NCBI GenBank assembly: GCA_029269845.2
Contig: CP149973.1
Location: forward strand, 780,001-812,000
From: Opitutia bacterium KCR 482
GTDB taxonomy: Bacteria > Verrucomicrobiota > Verrucomicrobiia > Opitutales > Intestinicryptomonadaceae
Direction of reading: 5' to 3'
DNA length: 32,000 nucleotides
How positions within the stretch are numbered: the stretch's first letter is position 1; every line of letters begins with the position of its first letter. Below are positions 26,178-32,000 of the stretch, piece by piece. The position numbers were made by a program, and so were the translations under genes. The notes under the pieces were generated by a model, which searched no databases, was not told the DNA's origin, and was given only the letters and a program-made list of their open reading frames with translations.

Positions 26178-27512
26178 ATGTTCGAAGGACTCACGGAAAA
26201 CCTCTCCAAAGCCCTGCGCAATCTTCGCGGTTTGGGTAAACTGACCGACGAAAACATGGCGGAGGCTCTCGACGAAGTGCGCAAGGCACTTCTGTCCGCC
26301 GACGTGCATTTCAAGGTGGCGCGCGAATTTACCGAAAAGGTGAAGTCGCAGTGCGTCGGGCAGGAGGTAATAAAATCCATTACCCCCGGTCAACAGGTGA
26401 TAAAAATTATCGCCGACGAGCTTGAAAAACTCCTCGGCGAAGGCTCTACGGAGCTGTCGCCTATCCGCCCGCTGAAAATCATGATGGTGGGCCTGCACGG
26501 GTCTGGCAAAACGACCTCTTCGGCGAAAATCGCGGGGCTTCTGAAAAAGCGCGGTCTCAACCCCGCGCTCATTGCCTGCGACGTCTACCGCCCCGCGGCA
26601 ATCGACCAGCTCGAAGCCCTCGGCTCGCAAATCGGGGTGAAGGTCTACGCCGACAGAAATTCGAAAAACGTCCCCGCGCTCGCGGAAGCCCTCGAAAAGC
26701 GTGCGGTCTCCGACGGCGCAAACGCCGTGATTTTCGACACGGCGGGCAGACTGCAAATCGACGCCGATTTAATCGACGAAATCGTGAAGCTCAAAGCGGT
26801 CGAAAACCCGCAGGAAGTGCTGCTTGTTGCCGACGCCGCGCTCGGTCAGGAGGCGGTGAACGTGGCAAAAGCGTTCAACGAGGCAGTGCAAATTACGGGA
26901 GTTGTGCTCACGAAGCTCGACGGCGACGCGCGGGGCGGCGCGGCGCTTTCAATCAAAACGGTTTCGGGCGCGCCGATTAAGTTTGCGGGCACGGGCGAAA
27001 AACTCGGCGACATCGAAATTTTCCACGCCGACAGAATGGCTCAGCGCATTCTCGGAATGGGCGACGTCGTAAGCCTTGTCGAACGGGCACAAGAAACGAT
27101 AGACGCCGAGGAAGCCGAAAAAATGGCCGAAAAACTCCGCAAGGCGGAATTCGACTTGGAAGACTTCCTCTCGCAAATGCGGCAAATAAAAAAGCTAGGC
27201 TCGATGGGCAGCATTCTCAAAATGATTCCCGGAATGGGCGGCATAAACGTGGGCGAGCGCGAGGAAAAGAAAATGCGCCAGACAGAGGCGATTATACTTT
27301 CCATGACGCCCGCCGAACGCCACAACCCGAACATCATAAACGCGCGGCGCAGAATGAGAATCGCGGCGGGTTCTGGAACGCAGGTGCGCGACGTAAACGC
27401 CCTGCTCAAACAGTTCGAGGGCATGCGCAAAATGATGAAAATGATGCGCGGCGAAAAGGGCAAACGCCGCATGGCCGGCATGATGAACGCCATGCGCAGG
27501 CGCGGAATGTAG
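26178..27512 (+). CDS. ffh: Signal recognition particle protein Ffh
   Basis: N domain [19 protein letters not shown] domain [10 protein letters not shown] and DTAGR, and a Met-rich M domain. Confidence 0.95.
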   Translation: MFEGLTENLSKALRNLRGLGKLTDENMAEALDEVRKALLSADVHFKVAREFTEKVKSQCVGQEVIKSITPGQQVIKIIADELEKLLGEGSTELSPIRPLKIMMVGLHGSGKTTSSAKIAGLLKKRGLNPALIACDVYRPAAIDQLEALGSQIGVKVYADRNSKNVPALAEALEKRAVSDGANAVIFDTAGRLQIDADLIDEIVKLKAVENPQEVLLVADAALGQEAVNVAKAFNEAVQITGVVLTKLDGDARGGAALSIKTVSGAPIKFAGTGEKLGDIEIFHADRMAQRILGMGDVVSLVERAQETIDAEEAEKMAEKLRKAEFDLEDFLSQMRQIKKLGSMGSILKMIPGMGGINVGEREEKKMRQTEAIILSMTPAERHNPNIINARRRMRIAAGSGTQVRDVNALLKQFEGMRKMMKMMRGEKGKRRMAGMMNAMRRRGM

Positions 27513-27543
27513 CGGGAAAGCCGCGGGAAAATCCGAAACATTT

Positions 27544-27571
27544 CGGCGTCCGCGCGGACGCCGTTTTTTTT
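27544..27571 (+). terminator. Rho-independent terminator after ffh
   Basis: CGGCGTCCG-cg-CGGACGCCG followed by T8. Confidence 0.85.
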
Positions 27572-27627
27572 GCGCCCGCGCAAACCGAAAACATACCATT
27601 TTTCAGGGCGGATACCATTTATTGGCG

Positions 27628-27656
27628 TTGCCAAAAGGCGCGGCAAAAGTTAAAAT
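27628..27656 (+). promoter_or_regulatory. Candidate sigma70-type promoter for the glycoside hydrolase gene
   Basis: TTGCCA (27628-27633), a 17-nt spacer, then TAAAAT (27651-27656). An AAGGAAG ribosome-binding site precedes ATG 27693. Confidence 0.5.
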
Positions 27657-27692
27657 CGGCAGACAACAAAAACAAAAAAAGGAAGCACTCGC

Positions 27693-29129
27693 ATGAAAAA
27701 ACACACATTACTGCTCTGCGCGGCGGCGCTCGCGGCGCTCGCGTTTTCGGGCTGCAAGGAGGACAAAAACTTCGTCGGGGTATCGAAGACCGACTGCCGC
27801 TATCTCGCGCTAAAAGACGGCTCCACCTATATTCCGATAGGGCTGAACTTCTGCTGGCCGCCGAATGCGTGGAACGGCAAAGACGAAGAAAAAACGCTGA
27901 AAGAAGTGGAGGAACAGCTCGAAAATCTCGCAAAAAACGGCGGCAATTTCGTGCGAATCTGGATTAGCGCGGATTTCACAGAACCCGAAGTCGCCGAGGG
28001 CATCTACGACGAAAACAAGGCAAAGCGGCTCGACAGAATCGTCGAAATGTGCGCAAAGCGCGGAATCAAGGCGAAGATGTGCCTGCAACATTTCAGGCTG
28101 CTCAGCGGCAGAACGCCGTCGCACGGGGTCTCCGACAAGCACTACACGCGCAAAATCTACGACAAAAAGTTCGGCGGAAGTTTCGCCGACTGCGCCGATT
28201 TCTGCACAAGCAAAGAGGGAAAGGCACTGTTCGTCAAACGCATGGATTTCTTCGCAAAACGCTACGCGGACAACCCGACGATTTTCGCATGGGAACTGTG
28301 GAACGAATTCGACTGCGTGCAAATGCCCAAAGACCTCCATGTGCCGTGGACTGTCGAAATGCTCGGCGAGCTTCGCAAGCGTTTTCCGAACAACTTGGCG
28401 ACCCAAAGCTGGGGAAGTTTGGCGGGCAAGCCCGACACTATTGAAAGAGAGCTTAAAGACTACTATCAGATTCCGCAGGACGACCTCGTGCAAGTCCACC
28501 GCTACAATCTGCCCAACGACGACATGCCCGAGGTTGAAGGGGCGCAGGACGTATGCCTGTCCACCGCGCTCGAGCGCGTCTTTGCGTTCAACCCGCAAAA
28601 GCCCGTGCTGCTTGCCGAAACGGGGGTCGCGCTCCGCTACTATATGGGACGCTCGCCCGAGCACGACGCCGACAAGGAGGGCGTGATTTTGCACGACACC
28701 CTTTTTGCGCCGTTTTTCGCTGGCGCGGCGGGCCCGGGGCACATCTGGTATTGGGACGTTTACGTGCAAAAAAACAACCTATGGAATCATTTCAGGCTGT
28801 TCAAAAATGCGATAGACGGCTTCGACCCCGCCGCCCAGCATGCAAGGCCGTTCCGAGCCGACACTCCCGAACTCCGCGTTTACGGGCTGAAAGGCGAAAC
28901 GAAAACAATCCTCTGGTGCAGGGACAAAAGCTCCGACATTCACTCCGAACTGCGCGACAAAATTCCCGCGAAAAAATTGTCGGGGCTGAAAATAAAGGTC
29001 GGGAGCGGATACTCGAAAGCGGAGGCGTATTTCGATTGGACTGACAAAACCGCCGAGCTGAAAATCGAAAACGGAGAAATCGAGCTTCCGAAATTCAAAC
29101 GCTCAATCACCGTAAGGCTCGAAAAATAG
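27693..29129 (+). CDS. Clan GH-A (beta/alpha)8 glycoside hydrolase, GH5-like, lipoprotein
   Basis: Lipobox LAFSGC. WELWNEFD supplies a candidate acid/base Glu and VLLAETG a candidate nucleophile Glu. Confidence 0.75.
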   Translation: MKKHTLLLCAAALAALAFSGCKEDKNFVGVSKTDCRYLALKDGSTYIPIGLNFCWPPNAWNGKDEEKTLKEVEEQLENLAKNGGNFVRIWISADFTEPEVAEGIYDENKAKRLDRIVEMCAKRGIKAKMCLQHFRLLSGRTPSHGVSDKHYTRKIYDKKFGGSFADCADFCTSKEGKALFVKRMDFFAKRYADNPTIFAWELWNEFDCVQMPKDLHVPWTVEMLGELRKRFPNNLATQSWGSLAGKPDTIERELKDYYQIPQDDLVQVHRYNLPNDDMPEVEGAQDVCLSTALERVFAFNPQKPVLLAETGVALRYYMGRSPEHDADKEGVILHDTLFAPFFAGAAGPGHIWYWDVYVQKNNLWNHFRLFKNAIDGFDPAAQHARPFRADTPELRVYGLKGETKTILWCRDKSSDIHSELRDKIPAKKLSGLKIKVGSGYSKAEAYFDWTDKTAELKIENGEIELPKFKRSITVRLEK

Positions 29130-29151
29130 AGATAAAAACCTTGCGAAAAAG

Positions 29152-29193
29152 AACGCGCCGCGTGTTTGAAAACATTGCGGCGCGTTTTCGTTT
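29152..29193 (+). terminator. Rho-independent terminator
   Basis: AACGCGCCGC-15 nt-GCGGCGCGTT (10-bp stem) followed by TTTTCGTTT. Confidence 0.8.
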
Positions 29194-29405
29194 AAGCCAC
29201 AGAGCAAAGGCGGGCTAAGCCACGCAATGCGAAAATCTCCGCCGCCTTGCGCCAGATTCGAACGCCGAGGCGGCGCGGGCGGAAAGGCGCAGAGTTGCCC
29301 TCCGTTTTCAAAACGAGCGAAAGTCTGTCTGTTGCGTCCCCCGCGCGTCGCCGCAAAAAACGCGGGCTTGACCGCGCCGCGCTTTTCGGCTACGAACAAT
29401 GCACC

Positions 29406-31013
29406 ATGCGCATAATTTTGTTTGCAAAACTGCTTGTCGCCGCCGCCTGCGCGTGCGCGGCAGGCTCCGCTTCCCCACAAACCCGCGACTTCGGCGCGGA
29501 AAAGCTTTCCGCGTATGTCGACAAATTCAATGCCGACGACGACGAGCTTTACGTCAACACAATCCCCAATTCGGAGGCTAAAAAGTTTCTCGCCGAAAAT
29601 GTCCCGACGCTCGACACGCCCGACGAGGCAATCGACGCAACCTATTATTTCAGGTGGTGGACGTTCCGCAAGCACATCGTGAAAACTCCCGAAGGGTACG
29701 TCATTACGGAGTTCATGCCGAAAGTGTCGTGGGCGGGAAAGTACAATACGATTGTCTGCCCCGCCGCGCACCACATTAGGGAGGCGCGTTGGCTTGCCGA
29801 CGGGAAAATCGCCGCCGACTACACAAAATTTTGGAGCACTGCCCGACACGCAAGGTCGTACTCGTTCTGGTATGCCGACTCGGCGCTTGCCCTGCACTCC
29901 GCGCGTCCCGACCGCGCCATGCTCGAAGCCCTCTACCCCGCCCTCAAAGCAAACTACGCCGCTTGGGAGAAGTCGCACCGCGACCCCGTAAACGGGCTTT
30001 TCAAGCAGAAAGACTTGGCGGACGGAATGGAGCTTTCGATTGCGGGCGCGCTCAACGCCCGTTGGGAGGGATACCGCCCCACGATTAACTCCTACATGTA
30101 CGGCGAATGCGCGGCGTTGGCGGAAATCGCGAAAATCCTCGGAAACGCGGGCGACGCCGAGCATTTCGGGCAAAAAGCGGCGGAGCTTAAAAAATCAATC
30201 AACGAAATGCTGTGGAACAAAAACCTGCGCTTCTATGCGGTCATGCCCGCAAACGGCTACACGGGCGACCTCGCCGACGTGCGCGAGCTTCACGGCTACA
30301 CGCCGTGGTATTTCGGCATTCCGCCCGAAGAATATTCCGACGCGTGGCGGCAGATTCTCGACCCCGACGGCTTCAAGGCGAAGTTCGGGCTGACTTCCGC
30401 AGAGCGGCGCGACAGGCGTTTCAGACTGAATTACGTCGGGCATGAATGCCAGTGGAACGGCCCCGTGTGGCCGTTTGCGACGTCTATTACGCTGACGGCG
30501 TTGGCGAATTTTCTCGGCGAATACAAAAGCCGCCCCGTGTCGAAAGACGACTTTTTCGACGCGCTCAGAACCTACGCGAAATCGCATACGCTGACGAAAC
30601 CAGACGGCAAAAAAGTATTCTGGATTGACGAATCGCAACACCCCGACAACGGCGACTGGATTACCCGCACGCGCTATGTCCGCGGCGGCGACAAGGTTAA
30701 AGCGTACTACAAGGAGCGCGGCAAAGACTACAACCACTCCACTTTCGCCGACATCGTAATTACGGGGCTTGTCGGGATTCGCCCGACGGCGGACTCGACG
30801 CTGAAAATCAACCCGCTCGTCCCCGACGGCTGGAAGTACTTCCGCCTCGCAAACGTGCCCTACAAGGGCGCAAAGCTCACGGTTTTCTACGACGCCGACG
30901 GCTCGCGCTACGGCGAGGGTTCGGGCTTCTTTGTTGTCGCCGACGGAAAGGTTTTGGCGCGCGCCGACAAGCCTCAAAAAACGGAAATCGAAAATTTCCC
31001 GAAAGGCGAATAA
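29406..31013 (+). CDS. Secreted (alpha/alpha)6-barrel glycoside hydrolase, GH63/MGH1/trehalase-like
   Basis: Start at MRIILFAKLLVAAACACAAG (signal peptide). HECQWNGPVWPFATSITLTALANF is typical of six-hairpin glycosidases. The family-level call is uncertain. Confidence 0.7.
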   Translation: MRIILFAKLLVAAACACAAGSASPQTRDFGAEKLSAYVDKFNADDDELYVNTIPNSEAKKFLAENVPTLDTPDEAIDATYYFRWWTFRKHIVKTPEGYVITEFMPKVSWAGKYNTIVCPAAHHIREARWLADGKIAADYTKFWSTARHARSYSFWYADSALALHSARPDRAMLEALYPALKANYAAWEKSHRDPVNGLFKQKDLADGMELSIAGALNARWEGYRPTINSYMYGECAALAEIAKILGNAGDAEHFGQKAAELKKSINEMLWNKNLRFYAVMPANGYTGDLADVRELHGYTPWYFGIPPEEYSDAWRQILDPDGFKAKFGLTSAERRDRRFRLNYVGHECQWNGPVWPFATSITLTALANFLGEYKSRPVSKDDFFDALRTYAKSHTLTKPDGKKVFWIDESQHPDNGDWITRTRYVRGGDKVKAYYKERGKDYNHSTFADIVITGLVGIRPTADSTLKINPLVPDGWKYFRLANVPYKGAKLTVFYDADGSRYGEGSGFFVVADGKVLARADKPQKTEIENFPKGE

Positions 31014-31053
31014 ACTTAAACGCCGCGCCGCCCGCGCCGATAAAACAGGCGTT

Positions 31054-31443
31054 ATGAGAAAATTATCGGCTCTTGTGTTGGCGGTCGCAGCGGCGTTTAC
31101 GGCGTCCGCGCAGGCGGAAAAATCCACGGCGGACTATTATTATATAAAGAATTTTGCGGGCATAGGGGCGTCGGCGACGCTGTATGTGTCGGCGGCAAAA
31201 CCGCTGGCTATTTACTGCGACAACAACGTTGTGTGTTTCGAATGCAAAACGGTAGGCTCGGACGGCTCGTTCGGCGGGAAAATCCGCGTGCTCATGCCGC
31301 AGTGGCGCGCCGCCGCCTTCCGCGAAAAATACGCAAGACCCGCCACGCCCAAGCCGCTTTCGGGCACGATAAAAAAATACCAGTGGGGCGACGGAATCTC
31401 GACAATCGTGCTGTTCATAGAAAGCGACACCGCCGAAAAATAG
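31054..31443 (+). CDS. Small secreted hypothetical protein
   Basis: MRKLSALVLAVAAAFTASAQA signal peptide. 129 aa. No family recognised. Confidence 0.6.
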   Translation: MRKLSALVLAVAAAFTASAQAEKSTADYYYIKNFAGIGASATLYVSAAKPLAIYCDNNVVCFECKTVGSDGSFGGKIRVLMPQWRAAAFREKYARPATPKPLSGTIKKYQWGDGISTIVLFIESDTAEK

Positions 31444-31755
31444 CGTGCCCTTGCGCGGATTTTACGCGCGTGCGAAAGCCCAGCGGAAGCGTCGGATTTG
31501 CGTTTTTGCCGAGGCGGCGCGTTTTGTTGAGGACTCATGCAGGCGAAGTGAAATGCGTAATTGCCAAAGACATGCGCGGCGGTCGCGCGATAAAAATCGC
31601 CTTTAATTCCACAAAATCTCAAAATTTATCGGCGATTTTTAGGCAAAATTATTCTTGTATTCCGCAAAAAGTCAGGCAGTTTTCTTGGGATTGTTCCGCG
31701 CGCGGAAATTCGGCACGGAATCATCTTTATTCTATCCATATCTCGAAAACTGCAT

Positions 31756-32000
31756 ATGAACACAAAAAAAGCATTGTTTGCATTCGCGGCGGCGGTCGCG
31801 GCGTTCTCGGCAAGCGGCGTTTACGCCGACCTCCCCGCGCCAACGACGCCCAACCCCGGCCTTAAATACTACTATCCCCTTCCCAAGTCGGAAAATCCCG
31901 TAGAAAACGAATACGACATCGTAGTCTACGGCGGCACGCCCGCGGGCGTCGGCGCGGCTTTGCAGGCGCGCCGCATGGGCAAAACCTCCGCGCTATACGT
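31756..32000 (+). CDS. Secreted FAD-dependent oxidoreductase (partial, runs off the right edge)
   Basis: Not in the ORF track because no stop falls in the window. Translation is MNTKKALFAFAAAVAAFSASGVYA... then YDIVVYGGTPAGVGAALQARRMG, a dinucleotide-binding GxGxxG fold. Confidence 0.7.
   Translation, partial: MNTKKALFAFAAAVAAFSASGVYADLPAPTTPNPGLKYYYPLPKSENPVENEYDIVVYGGTPAGVGAALQARRMGKTSALY

Noticed and set aside
29255-29263. GATTCGAAC (minus-strand GTTCGAATC) resembling a tRNA T-loop
   Set aside because: The flanking bases cannot form a T stem (CGGCG versus CTGGC), and no acceptor or anticodon arms can be drawn.
27810-31127. Minus-strand ORFs of 319, 356 and 310 aa opposite the glycoside hydrolase genes
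   Set aside because: All are antisense to signal-peptide-bearing enzymes with catalytic motifs. Their translations are R/V/A-rich and lack any recognisable domain.

Overview
32-kb chromosomal segment. Gene content points to a PVC-superphylum bacterium, Verrucomicrobiota- or Lentisphaerota-like (inference only). I support about 29 protein genes and found no rRNA, tRNA, CRISPR array, integrase or transposase. Left to right: (1) a giant ORF of at least 1666 aa, open to the left edge, whose C-terminus looks like a GspK-type minor pseudopilin (Verru_Chthon cassette protein A-like), followed 8 nt later by a secreted 254-aa protein; (2) a galactose cluster of SSF symporter, galK, galE and a UDPGP-family pyrophosphorylase, with no galT; (3) a minus-strand acyltransferase-fabZ-iron-sulfur flavoprotein operon; (4) a small lipoprotein, a TVP38/DedA-like protein, ybaK and a DUF4328-like membrane protein; (5) alkaline phosphatase, YibE/F and ApbE; (6) a cupin and HU; (7) a four-gene orphan phage DNA-packaging module (intact-looking large terminase, no portal or capsid genes); (8) a roughly 520-bp hairpin-dense noncoding region holding two copies of a GGCTGCAGCC palindrome; (9) a DUF1080 protein; (10) a 470-bp serS leader with a 158-bp-period tandem repeat and alternating complementary hexamers, then serS-ffh; (11) secreted glycoside hydrolases and a partial FAD oxidoreductase. 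The best candidates for undescribed biology are the serS leader, the noncoding region beside the phage remnant, and the giant pseudopilin-like protein, whose cassette probably continues upstream of the window. Most long ORFs in the six-frame track are antisense or shadow artefacts of GC-rich coding sequence.
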